From Saccostrea cucullata (Eukaryota), in the NCBI RefSeq assembly GCF_032062105.1, contig NW_026928331.1, positions 62,001-126,000 on the forward strand: 64,000 nt of DNA, read 5' to 3'. The notes below the pieces were generated by a model. It had not been told where the DNA came from. It saw only the letters and a list, made by a program, of their open reading frames with translations, and did no database searches. The translations under genes were made by a program, and so were the position numbers. How positions within the stretch are numbered: the first letter of the stretch is position 1; every line of letters begins with the position of its first letter. This document shows, piece by piece, positions 23,719-36,500 of the stretch.

Positions 23719-26393
23719 ATGGCCTGCCTTTTCGAGGGAAGTCTCGTATTTGGCGTTGGAATTTTAGCAATTCTGACGTACAGGTTTTTCATTATTCCAA
23801 TGCCACCACCAGCGGAGGAAATAATGAAGAGGCGGATTTTACTGCTCATGTGGTGGATCATGGGAAGAGTGGTAAGATATTTAGACAGTATTAACAGTTC
23901 TTTTGCAGGTATACTTATCTTTTAATTTTTTGTAAAGTTATAAATAATCTATTTTTTTCGTACGTTTAAAAATCATTTAATTTGTTTGTTCCATTTTTAA
24001 GTAGATTGTTATTTGCCGACTTTTGCGTTCGTTTTCTCATTTTATTTCCAAGGGTTTGGCTAAATGTCTAAATACTTACTAAAAACGATGTCTGCAAGGT
24101 CAATACGGCTTTTTATTTCTGCATTTATAATTTGGGTTTATTCCCCGAACGTCTAAAACCTATATAAACAGTATAATTATCACACTCAATTAAGAGGCCC
24201 TCTGAGGGGCACAGGTAGAGTTTACCTGTGTTATCTTGATTTAATATTCTAAATCAAATATATCTATTTTTCTGAGAAAGTTATCTTGATTTAATATTCT
24301 AAATCAAATATATTTATTTTTCTGAGAAAGAATATGAACCAAACCATAATTTATTTGATTAAATAACTATATTTCAAGACACCAAACAAGTGTTTTTTCA
24401 TATGAATATTTTTATTTCAGTACATTTCTTTACAAGCACTATGACACAATGTATGTAAAGTGATGACAAGTTTATTATTTACAAATATTTAATTTTTAAA
24501 ATTCATGAAACACTTTGAGCACTCTTCATTAAAATCACATTTTAAGTACTATTTAATATGCTTTTCATATCTTATATTAATATGGGAAGCAGAGTTTATA
24601 TCACTTCAGTTCTATACATTTATTAGCACTTTTTTCACATTTATTGGGTTTAATCTCTCATCTCATAAGCTCAGATTTTGAGGCTGGGACAGGTGTAAAA
24701 TGAGCCATCACAGAAAAAGTCTTATCTAACTTTCAAAGTGAACTGATCTAACCAGTCTCAATACCAATTATTCATAATTTATGTTGTTAGTTGAAATTAT
24801 ATTCAAAATTCACAGTAGTGATTTGTTTTCAAATTATTGAATGCTACATGTATGCTTCTTTGTACATTTTCACAAATGCATAAAATAAAATTAATAGTCT
24901 TAAGATTTAAGTTTTATCATGGAGACTTAAAACGATTTTGAAAATGATAAATTGTTATTACATTAAATGTATTCAGAGTAAATGCTTACAACTTAAGCTA
25001 AAAACGGACATGAAAATTATTAAGTACTATAAAAAAATAAAAGAATTCAACGGATGTATTGAAAAAAATTAAATAAAATATATCTACAATGTCAAGATCA
25101 ATTAGCACAATAAAATAAACTTTTTTCTAATTTAAATGAAGGTAGTTTTATGCTACAAAATTAAAATAAATACTTTAAAAATTTGAGTAGAAAAATATTT
25201 TTAACATTTGAAAAACATTTAATTCAATTTATAGGAATTATTGGTAAGATTTTTGAAACATTGATTAATATAGATTGACTAAAATACCTAGTAAATACTT
25301 TGAACATTTGAGTAAAAAATATTTAAAAAATTGAACAACATTTAATTCATTTTATAGGACTTATCGCTAAGATTTTACCAATATAACTTACAAGTCTTTG
25401 AAACAGTCATATAAATGCAGGTAGTTTATTCATACAGTTTAAGACACAGGTAACACAGGTAAACTCTACCTGTGCCCCTCAGAGGGCCTCTTAACGTTCG
25501 GGGAACACACCATAATTTGACTGGTTCATCGATAGGCGCGGTTTAAAAAATCACGTGCGGGGCGGGACAAATAGAGACAGAAGCGGGGCTTAGAGCACGT
25601 TGGTTTGCGGAATCGAGAGCATGTACATGTAAATATAAGGAATAACTGTCAGATTTTTTTGATTTCATGACCGTCACGATGATCAATCGATTGGCTTGCG
25701 CAATTATTTTATGCATAAACGCCTTTATGCAAGTTATCAAGCAAGCCAATCGATTGATCACATCATGAAACCAAAAAACTAGACAGTTATTCCTTAAATA
25801 TTTACATTTCCAATGTCTGTTCGAGATAAAATTACAAATAGTTAATGTACTTTATTCCTCCATCGATGTATTGGTTCATCGATAGGCGCGGTTTAAAAAA
25901 ATCACGTGCAGGGCGGGACAAATAGAGACAAGAAGCGGGGCTTGTAGCACGTGGATTGGTGGAATCAATAGCATGTAAATATAAGGAATAACTGTCAGAT
26001 TTTTCGATTTCATGACGATGATCAATCGATTGGCTTGCGTGATAATTTTACGCATGCAAATTATCACGCAAGTCAATCGATTGATCACATCATGAAATCG
26101 AAAAATTAGACAGTTATTCCATAATTCTGTAACTAGTAAAGTATAAAACATTATTTTTACGGCAGACTAAGTTAAGAATGTGGTTAGGAAGAGGCCATGA
26201 AGTCGTGTTACTTCGACTAGAACCCCCACCCAAACAACACACGGGGGACACTGTAATAGTAAGTTTTATAATTATACTTTTATGTATAGAACCTAAAAAA
26301 TATGCACATATACATGTAATATGAACTTCAAATTATGAGCATGCTTTTTATTATTGTTCAAAACCTAAAACTCTAGATATTTTTTAAGTGTAA

Positions 26394-26483
<90 letters not shown>

Positions 26484-29473
26484 TTGATTAGTACAAGTTA
26501 AAAGATTATTACACAGATTCCTTCATATTTCTCCCTTTGTAAGTCTAGAATATATAAATTATGCATTTTTTGTCTTGTTTGAGTATCCCGAAGCTTATAT
26601 ATTGAATATTCGCATATCCGTCACTGTTTTTAAAGTGTAGATCAAGACATTGATCTAAGAACATTTTAACATATTTTCATTATAAGTTTATTTCGTTAAT
26701 TCGGTGAGAAATTATGTAAAAATAAATAACAAAGTAAACATATCTTACACCCAGACAGAAAACACGGTATTAGGAGGCATTCCTGTCCGGATATTTCGCC
26801 CGGTAGGAACAAATACCAGTGACGAGAAACTCCCCGGAGTGATATATTTTCACGGAGGAGGGTGGTGCTGGGAAGTGTGGGGTGAGTTATATCAGTAATA
26901 AAATACGACGAAAGTTGAAAAAAAACTAAATGAAAATCAGTTTTTGGGTGTTTCCATGATTATTACATGATAGGAATGTCATAAATGAATTAAAAATTTT
27001 ATTCTTCGAATCTGCAATTTTCCAGCCATTTTTTCACAATTTTATACTTTGCATGTTCTTTCAGCATTATCTTTTCTTTACATCTACCATTTTGTAAAGA
27101 ATAAAAGAGAAAAAAAGATTGCGATTTGTGGAAAATTATTTAATGTACTTCTTCATTTTTATTTTTCGTAGAGGGATATGACTCGGTGCTTAGAATTTTG
27201 GTACGATTGAGGAAAATGGTTATTGTATCAGTTCGGTAAGTAAACAAAAGATAAGGCGAAGATCTTTTTTTTCTCTCTTTCTTTTTTAAATTATGAGACC
27301 TCAGTTAAGATTTTTGATTTGTCCGTTTATTTCCTGTCACGACCTCTTGAATACATATGTATGTGTCGAACTTTCAAACATTTCAAGATCGTAGAAAAAC
27401 AGCATTTTAAATATATTTCTTAATTGTAAACAAACAGTTTTGAGTCATTGGTAACATTTCTAACCTTAGCATCACAGGCATCACTAAATGTCTGTATTGA
27501 ATAATGAAGACTGAATAAACAGTTGAAAAATTTACGGAGTGTTTACTGCATTACAGTACATAAAACTTTTAAAATATCTTTTCTTATCAAGAGATATAAG
27601 AAAAATGACACTTTGATCATTGAGAATAATTCGTCAGTTCAAAATTTCTAATCTTAGATTGCTACCACTTCAGTTTTACATTTGATATGTATTACCACAA
27701 AGCCTTCAGACAACTTTTTTGAAATCATATAGATTAATTAATTTTTCATGATGCCTTCAACTCCACAAGATAACATTTAATAAGTACAATTTTGAGGTTT
27801 TGCCATATTTATGTCTAAAATAATTATTTAAAAAATTATTTAATTATCTGATTATTAAAAAAAAGCGAAATAGACCAATGATTGTTTTAACATCCATCAT
27901 TTCAATAAAAATATTCAAAATCTTCAACATTACAGTTATCGCCTCGCTCCAGAAAACCCATTTCCGGCTGCACCGGACGATTGTTTTGCCGTTACTCGTT
28001 ATGTTTTAGAAAACAGAGAATCTCTTGGAATAGACCAGAACAATGTCACATTGATGGGTATGTTTCCACAGTAATGTTAATAAACACAGAAAAGTGCCAT
28101 TTTTTTTTCTTTTGTATTTACATTTATGCAAGTCATGCTTAGAAATTTCTTTTTCCACATCGAGTGTCCGAAACCATTGTTATCAGAGAAGTATGATGTC
28201 TGTAGATTGAAAACTGAATTCTTCGCAAAACTCGGACTTTTACTTCGAGGATACTTGTTATGTTTTGTTTATACCTCTTAAAGGGACATGGATACCGTTT
28301 CAGCTTAAAATTTTCAATTTTTCCATTTTTGCAAATATTCAACTAAGAACTTTCTTTTGATCATAAAAAAACTTCAGTTGTCGGGTACAAAGCAGATTAA
28401 GAGTTCCAAACCTTTGTTATGTAAACAGAGTGTTGTCATGTTTTTGTTTACAATATATGTTCATTCAAAGCAGATAATTTCAATTAAGAAGTTAGTTCTA
28501 AATACGATTAGACAGTTTCTAGTGATTTGCTGAAAGTCATTTTGTTATAAATATGACATTTTCTATACTTGAACAAAAACAAGGAACGAGCCTTGTTTAC
28601 ATTGTGAAGAACTTCAACTTTATGTTCCGTATCTTGTTTGTTTATCAACAAATGATGTTCAAATTTTGCTGATCATGCATTAGAATTGCCTTAATTAGAA
28701 ATTGTAAACAATAAAATTGGTTAAAAAAAATTCACTTGAAACTGTGTCCATGTCCATTTAACTTGTAGAATACTAGAAACTAATTTCTATTTATATTTTT
28801 AAAAGGAGATAGTGCTGGTGGAAATTTAGCCATGGCTATGATGACAAAGTTACTGTCTCCCTCAGTAGTAAGAGAAAACCTTCCAAAAATTAGGAACTTG
28901 GTTCTCATATATCCTGCATTACAAGCAGTGAATTTCCGCACGCCATCTTACCAAAAATACAGAGGATCAAATGTTCCAACTATTCTTTCTTCTGAACTAA
29001 TGATGAAATTTTACGTAGCTTATGCTTTAGGAATGGAAATTGTAAATATTGATGAACTTCTAGAGAATAGTCACTGGACAAAAGAGGTAGAAGAAAAGGC
29101 TATTTGGTTAGAGAATGACAACTTGCCAGCCCAGATTCGTGAGGGCGCGAATAATTCATCCAAACCTAGACTAGAAAATCCAACTTTAGCGAAGAAATTG
29201 AACAAATACCTTCTTGATCCGCTGTTTTCTCCTCTACTAGCAGACGACAGTGTTTTGAAGAGGTTTCCTGAAACATACATTTTGTCTGCAGAAATGGATC
29301 CCCTTAGGGATGATAGTTTCTTATTAGTAAACAGACTTGACCGACTTGGAATTAATGTTAGACATCGCCACTGGAAGGGCATGGATCATGCCTTTGTTGG
29401 TATTCCAGATCTCTATTCAAACTCCCAGAAAGCTCTAGTAGAGATCGTAGAATATCTTAAGGAACATTCTTAG
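23719..29473 (+). CDS. Arylacetamide deacetylase / NCEH1-like lipase (HSL/GDXG family, alpha/beta hydrolase); exon 2 has in-frame stops, so possibly a null allele or pseudogene
   Basis: Exons: 23719-23871 (N-terminal membrane anchor), 26641-26881 (IPVRIFRP...[10 protein letters not shown]), 27172-27235 (YDSVLR...VIVSV), 27936-28057 ([16 protein letters not shown]), 28806-29473 (GDSAGGNLA nucleophile; LIYPALQ; EMDPLRDD acid; GMDHAF His). Splice phases are fully compatible. In-frame TAA at 26656 and 26683. Confidence 0.85.
24194..25490. mobile_element. Non-autonomous TIR element, perfect 40-bp TIRs, TTAA TSD (Kolobok-like)
   Basis: TTAA|GAGGCCCTCTGAGGGGCACAGGTAGAGTTTACCTGTGTTA ... TAACACAGGTAAACTCTACCTGTGCCCCTCAGAGGGCCTC|TTAA. 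The interior is AT-rich and non-coding, with tandem duplications at about 24230-24330 and 25160-25375. Confidence 0.85.
25522..26122. repeat. Tandem pair of a ~270-bp palindrome-containing interspersed repeat
   Basis: TGGTTCATCGATAGGCGCGGTTTAAAAAATCACGTGC starts at about 25522 and 25872. Each copy has inverted GGAATAACTGTC/GACAGTTATTCC and GATCAATCGATTGGCTTGC/GCAAGCCAATCGATTGATC. Confidence 0.7.
26399..26480. repeat. (TA)n microsatellite
   Basis: About 40 uninterrupted TA units. Confidence 0.95.
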
Positions 29474-30516
29474 AAAAGTATTATGACGATGTACGATTTC
29501 TGAGAAAACCAACTTACAAATCATTTGACCCCAAAAGGTTGTTTGATTATGCTTTTTTGTATATTTAGGTATCAATGTCATATACGTATACATGTATATA
29601 AGTATAATTACGAGTATGTTCAATAATTTATTTGTTTACAAATAGTTTTCTTTTTTAGTGAACATAAAAAAGTTACATATATAAATAATTCCATACGCTA
29701 TTAACCCAGAGAATATTTTTTCCTTGGTTTTTCAAATGTTATCAAGATTTGTTACAAAGAGTGCATTATTCCTGTGGCAATCAATGCCCATTGGTTTCTT
29801 TTTCAATATAATTGCAATTAAGTGAACAATTATTATAAAACTGAAAAGCGTTGTTGTGAATTACATGTTAATATTCATGTAGATGCATGTTGCAGTGATT
29901 AAACCTTTGTCTAAAAGTTTCCTTTGAAAAGAACTTGCCTTTAGTTCTACGTATTCTGGAAATCCAAATTATACTCTTAGTGTACTTTTAAGAATTACAT
30001 TCTTCAAAATCATGCTTCAGTGTTGAATACTTTTAACTTCCAAATCAATCAAAGTGTGTTCCATCTATCATACCTACATATACATGTATATTGGACAAGT
30101 TAACTTTCTAAGAATCTTTACTCCTTTCAAAATTATTAACTGCTGTTACGGAGAAACTACAGACGGACGTCACTACAGACTTCACTACAGTGTATTCTTA
30201 GTGAATAAATAATTTGTTGAACTGCACAACAATAAAAATATTCTATCAATATGAAAAAAATTCTTTAACGTAATTTCATTAAACATATAAGAAATAAATT
30301 GATTTTTCATAATTTGCTTATAATTATATGAAATTCAACTAAATTGTCACTCTTTTGAATTTTCGTGTTTTGTGCTACAATACATGTAAAGTTTTATCAC
30401 AAATTGCATATATTAAACGTTTGAGAAATACAAAAATTCAAATTGATTAATTACATAGAATGCAGTAATGTAAATTCAATCATAATATAAATGCAATTGA
30501 ACGAGGGTTTTATTTT

Positions 30517-33500
30517 TTAAATTTTGGATTCGGTGCATCTTTTTTCCTCTGGTATTGCATACTGAGAGAAGAGAATTTCCTTAACATTTTCGTTGCGCTC
30601 CTTTGCCAGAACCAGTCTTCTTTGAAGCGAGAGTTCTGGATTATTTACAAGAGTGAAGGCGAGCAGCCATTTCCATTTCGCCTTCCGTCGTTTCTGATCT
30701 TTCATTTCCTCTTTCTCATCTACAAAGATATTTAACGAATCTTTGTACAAAAAAAGGTTATATACCTTCTTTATGCGGGAAGTGTTTTATTAACCTCACT
30801 GAAATTTAATCGTCACCATTTTTATATGCATTAATATTTTTTTTATGTTCAATCCTTAAGTAAACATTTATTAATTTGTACCTTTTAAGGATGAGATCAT
30901 TATTTCTGTATACATTTAGTTTAGGAAGGGCTAGTGTACATTTATGACATGAGGTTGGATGTCAAGGTGTTCAAACTGTTAATAAAGTTAGATGAACATT
31001 GCTTTGAACTTTTAAAAGTGAAACATATTTTAAAGTTTTAAAATATATTTTAAATACTCTTTTGTGCTTTTTATTATATCAGCAACATACCTATATCTGA
31101 AAGTTAAAAAAATATGTAAATGAATATTCATTTTGAACTCTTCGTTATTAAAAAGGAAAGAGGGTGGAAAATGTTAGATGCTGTTTTCTCTAAATAGCGT
31201 TTTTCAATGTCGTTTAATATACATTATAGTATATTTTACTTTTTCTACTAACTTGATCATGTTGATGGATATTTGATAAAAAAAAAAAAAGATAAGTTAA
31301 ATATTTGGGTGTTTTTATTATTTGAAGGATAAAACTATTTAAACAAATTCATAGTTGATGGAGTTTGCGTGATACATCGCAGATGATTTAGTATATTCAA
31401 CTTACCCATTGGGGTACAATCAACATCATTTAATTTGTTTCTTTTCAAGGTAGTCAATGATTCTGCTTGTAAAATACTGATGAAAACCATAGCAACAGGG
31501 TTCGTATGTGTACTTTCCACGTGAATAAAACCACAATATGCATCAAAACCTGTGTATAAAAAAATAAATTTAAGGTATGTCACTCGTCAGCTTTTTAGAA
31601 AAGTTCACGTAGAACCTCTTACTTCAAAACTATTTATCAAAATTCAATTTTTATAACATATTTAATTTCAACAATGTTAATGTTTTAACATTCAACAAAA
31701 AACTTGTAAAAAAAAGCTACAAAGAAGCAAGATTTATGGGGGACTATTTTTTGTGGTGGAAGGATATTTAGCAGATAATTCTGCAAATCTGCACATTTAT
31801 TAAATTAAATATCTTGGACTTTCAGCCTCACATACTTTTACTCGGAGAATATTTTCCATGATATTGATTTAAAGCAATTGCTAGGAAATATTTAATATAG
31901 GCAATTTCTTTAATATATAATTTTAGAAGAAATATTTTTCAACCGAATATACCATTATTTGAACAAACAATTTTGCTTCAATCAAAAAATAACATTTTCA
32001 GCAAATATGAACAACAGAAGTTTATAAATGATTTATTTTTCTGTCATTAAATTAGTTAATTACAAAATTACATGCAGCTCATTTTAATTGTCTTAATTTA
32101 TGAAAATCACCTTCCTCGAACAAACTTTGCCAAAAAATGAAGATATGTCAAATAAGTCAATATAAAATTAACACCATTTTTTGCCTGAAAATCACATATT
32201 TTGACCATTACTTCAAAAATAACATCACTGACCCCAACTTTTTCTTTCATTATTTTAAAGTACTCGATACTTGTGACTGATCAACACTTCAATCTTAAAA
32301 AGCTTGATTTAAGAAAACGTTTTATTGCCTTTTTAGTTTTTTTAATACCCCAAAATATGTTACTTTTTAGTGCAGAAAGGTCACACAATAATTTACGCGC
32401 ATTAATTTGCAAGATTTTTTTCAATGATAAATATTATTCAAAATATTTTACGTAAAATAAGATATTTTTTGCCATGGTTACATCTGATAAAATGAAATAA
32501 AGGTTTAAGTAATTTACCAAAGAGTTAAAATTTAAGTGCAGAAAGGTCAACTTCATTGTACCGTAGATCAGTAAGTTGAACACTGACCCCCTATTTTCTC
32601 TACGATTTTGAGTCACTCTATATGAGTATTATCTAAAATATACTTCTCAACAAATCCTTGATTTAACAAATTTCACGAGTGACATACCATAAAATAGTAA
32701 AATAACTACGATGTATGTTCAGAACGCTCAAGAAACATAATTATTTCAAAGAAATCTTAAAAATCCAAATACATTATTGGACTCTTATTTAAAATATAAA
32801 CAACAAAATAAGATGTTTTGGTTGTTCAACTTGTTAAATTAATAATAGATGTAGTGTTCATGAATGCAATTAATAACTACGAATTACTGTAGTACTAGTG
32901 CATTTACGAATTTGGAGGGTTTACACCAAGGTCTAGTTATAATTACCTGGGTCAAATTGTTGGAATTTTCTGGGCAGCACGCTATGGTCCAGACGAGGAA
33001 GGAATAGTGATCCTAGAATTATGGACTTCAGAATCCTCATCAGACACGAGAATATACCAATGAAGATGTTGTAGAAGAATAAAAAGTAGGTCACAACGAA
33101 GAACAATCGTCTACAAAAAAAGAATTAGCGTTCTTTTAACCCCAAAGACATGTGTTATTCATTATATACACTACATGTTATGTTTTGCAAATTATCAAGT
33201 ATTGTTCATTATTGCAAACATACAATGTCATGTATCTATAATAAAATAGAAAGTCGCATGAAATTGAATTAATGTATTTGATATGAAGATAAGTAACAAC
33301 AATAAATTTTTGACATCGTGGTACCTATTATCCATAGCTAATATATCTCCTTTCTCCTGCAGAAATAAGAATTTGGCCAACAACAGCTGTCCGATGTTTA
33401 ACAGTATAGAAGTCAGTAGCACAGGCCTGGAATAGTAAATTAACAGATTGCTCATTTTACATATATAAAAAAAGAACTTTTAAGATTATATTAGTTAACA

Positions 33501-36500
33501 TGAAATATAATTGCCTGGCTAAATAAACAACAGCATCTAGGGCATGTACGAGGGTTGATCCAAAAGTTCGTGGAATTTCTTCATATTTTATTTATTTTAA
33601 AGTGGAATTGGTTGAAAATTACACACTTGAGGAATATTTCAAATTAAAATATATATTGAATATCTTTGATTGTAACTCTATGGCAGTTGCCATAGAAACG
33701 GTTGTTTGGAAACCAAGGATTATCATTTTCATATAATACGTGAAATGTTAAACCGCCCAGTGTGGTATATAAAACAAAAATTATTTCATTGTTACAATCT
33801 TTTAAAAGCAGAGTTTTACTGGTATTACTGGATATTTTGTTTATAAGTTGATGATTTATTCCTTTAAAAATAAAAAATAATTTAAGTTTTGTGAAAATCG
33901 GGATAACATATTCCAATGTTATGACAAATTGGGGAAATGCATTTAATTACTGGTTTTTCAATGGCATAAGAAGAAACATAGAACTTCCATGACGTTGATT
34001 AAAGGTGTGGTCGTTTTTTGGAAGCTCTGTTTTAAGTGCATATTAGACAAATTTCATATATTGACATCGCTTCTGAAAAAACATGCATTTTTAAAACTTG
34101 AAAAAAAACAAGGCTTTTCTTGAGAAAAGAAATGGAGAAAAGGCCAGCATTTTTAATTTTCATTGGGGTGAGATGTAAACGTGACGTGACATATCTAACT
34201 AGACAAAATTTTCTATCCATTTTCAGAACGCAGAAGGTAATGGAAACTGATGAAACATATAAGATTATGACTCTATATTATGAATATGCCTGTTGTTTGC
34301 TTTCATCAAATCAAGATAAAATTTTAGAAAGAAATTCCACGAACTTTTGGATCAACCCTCGTACACATTAAGAATACACACCAAATCCTCATAACCTGTG
34401 ATACTAGGAAGTCACCAAGGATGTCCCATATAATTATTGTTGTTGCTATTCCAAAAGACACAATCAAAAGCAAGAGCAGCTGGATGAAAAATCCTTTAAA
34501 AATAAAAAATAATTTACTGCTCTAACATATTCCAAATATTGTGCATGTGTAATCATGAAGCAATATTGAATGAATGCATTAATTTCATATAAGCAAAAAA
34601 ACATGCATTTTTAAAACTTAAGAAAATAATTACGAATAAACAATTTAATTTGCAAGTCAGTAAATTTAGTCTACAGAAATTTTCTCTATGCAGAAAATTT
34701 TCCTAAAAGAGGGAGATGCAATATACCCTACTTGATAACCGGCATATCGCATGCTTCCGACCTGAAAATAATAATTATCAAAAGTAGATCAAACTCTATT
34801 CCTTTAATGTAATTGCAATAAAATTTACTTATATGAAGTATTCCCAGTAAATTTTCCTAAAAGAGAGAGAGGGGGAGGAAAGAGAGAGAGGGGAGGGAAA
34901 GGAGAGAGAGGGGGGAAGGGAGAGAAGGAGAGAGAGGGAAATCGAGAGAGGGGGAAGGAGTGAAAGAGGGAGGGGGAAGGAGAAAGAGAGGGAGGGAAGG
35001 AGAGAGAGAGGGAGAGATCTGTACACACCATCAGGCTTGAATTGGATTTTTCGGCCCTAGGAGTGAGATGTCTGGACTGCCCTTTATATAGTGAAAGTAA
35101 ATTTTGTCTACAAAATAAACATAATTTTCTGACTAAACATCGTTTTTATTTTTTAGCACTTTTTATTGTATATGATCCTTGGAAAAACTTTTTTTAATTT
35201 TTAAAATACAAATTAGAGACACTTATGAAAGAAAGAAATAAGTTATAATATTACCTGTAAGATGTCAAATAATGAAACAGAAAGACAAAGTTTATGAGGA
35301 AAGCAAATGACAAGGAGGTCACTGTACAACCTGAAACAGAATGAAGGTATTCTTATTAATATTAAATGACACACCGGAAATGAGAAAAAACAATTGTTCT
35401 CTTTAATAAATAATTAAAAAGCATGATGTTCAACTACATATGTATATTTTATTTCAAATACATCATGGCTCCTTCTCCATTGGTTCCTGATGGAACATAA
35501 AACCTAGTTCACAGTACAAGTACATGGTTCAGGACAATGTTTAAAGTGATATAAAAGAGGCTGGGTGGTCGTTGCCATTTTTAGACTATTTCGATCTCCT
35601 TTAGAAGAAGAACTCCATATAAAGATATACAAAAATGATCAAATTTTAAAACTAAAATGTATGAAATTTTTCTTTGTCAAATGATAGTTGACAGCTAAAG
35701 ATATCATATCTAAAAATTTAAGTTATATCTGGTGGTTAATTTCTTGTTAATTTGTTGACCCCCAACCTCCTTAAAGGGTTGCAGGGAAAAACTATTGAAA
35801 TTCATTTTCATTGTGTTTTGTTTAATCAGCATAGATTTTTCAAAGTTTTGTTAATGCAAACCAATCATTTTCTAATTGTTCGGCGTTTAAGTACGATGGA
35901 TCCTCATGTACATGTCAAAAAATAACAACATTCTAATATGTTTCATGAGTATAATTTTCATGACATACATGTACTTTAGAAAAATTGTCATTTCAGCATG
36001 ATTATTTCGTCTCTGACTCACCTCTGAAAGATCTGACAAAGTAATAAGCTATATATAATCCTTCTCTTATTGTTTCTATAGAGGCTGCTTCTCCTGGTTG
36101 AGCGGTCCATCCAATGGATTCAAACTGTGCGATCAGACCATTCTCCAAATAATCAAAAACCTCGTACACTATAACTAAGGACTCCAAAGAAATCTATGTG
36201 AACAAAAACCAATTTGCTTTAACAGACGCTCAAGACTATATTTCAAATACAGTATAGAAAATGTTACTTTTACATATGATGTCTCTGACATTTTCTACCG
36301 GGTATTTATCAATAAGATATGCCTTAAGACTACTTTCATAATGTATATTTTTATTGATAAATAGAAAATATGTCAGAAAGACTATAGGTGTGTTTCAATT
36401 TAATTTAATATTGAACATTGATAAAAAATGAAAAATAAAGTGAACACCTGGCTAACTTTTTATGTTGATGAAACAAAATTTACCTTATACAGCAGAACGA

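Noticed and set aside
25543-26151. Two similar short ORFs as duplicated genes
   Set aside because: They are translations of a tandemly duplicated palindromic repeat in the lipase intron.
26656-26685. Selenocysteine or readthrough recoding of the lipase stops
   Set aside because: Both stops are TAA, not TGA, and they look like parts of inserted bases.
29071-29382. 103-aa minus-strand ORF
   Set aside because: It is the antisense shadow of the last lipase exon and has no independent features.
34825-35031. Pro/Ser/Leu-rich ORFs
   Set aside because: They are translations of the intronic purine/pyrimidine low-complexity tract.
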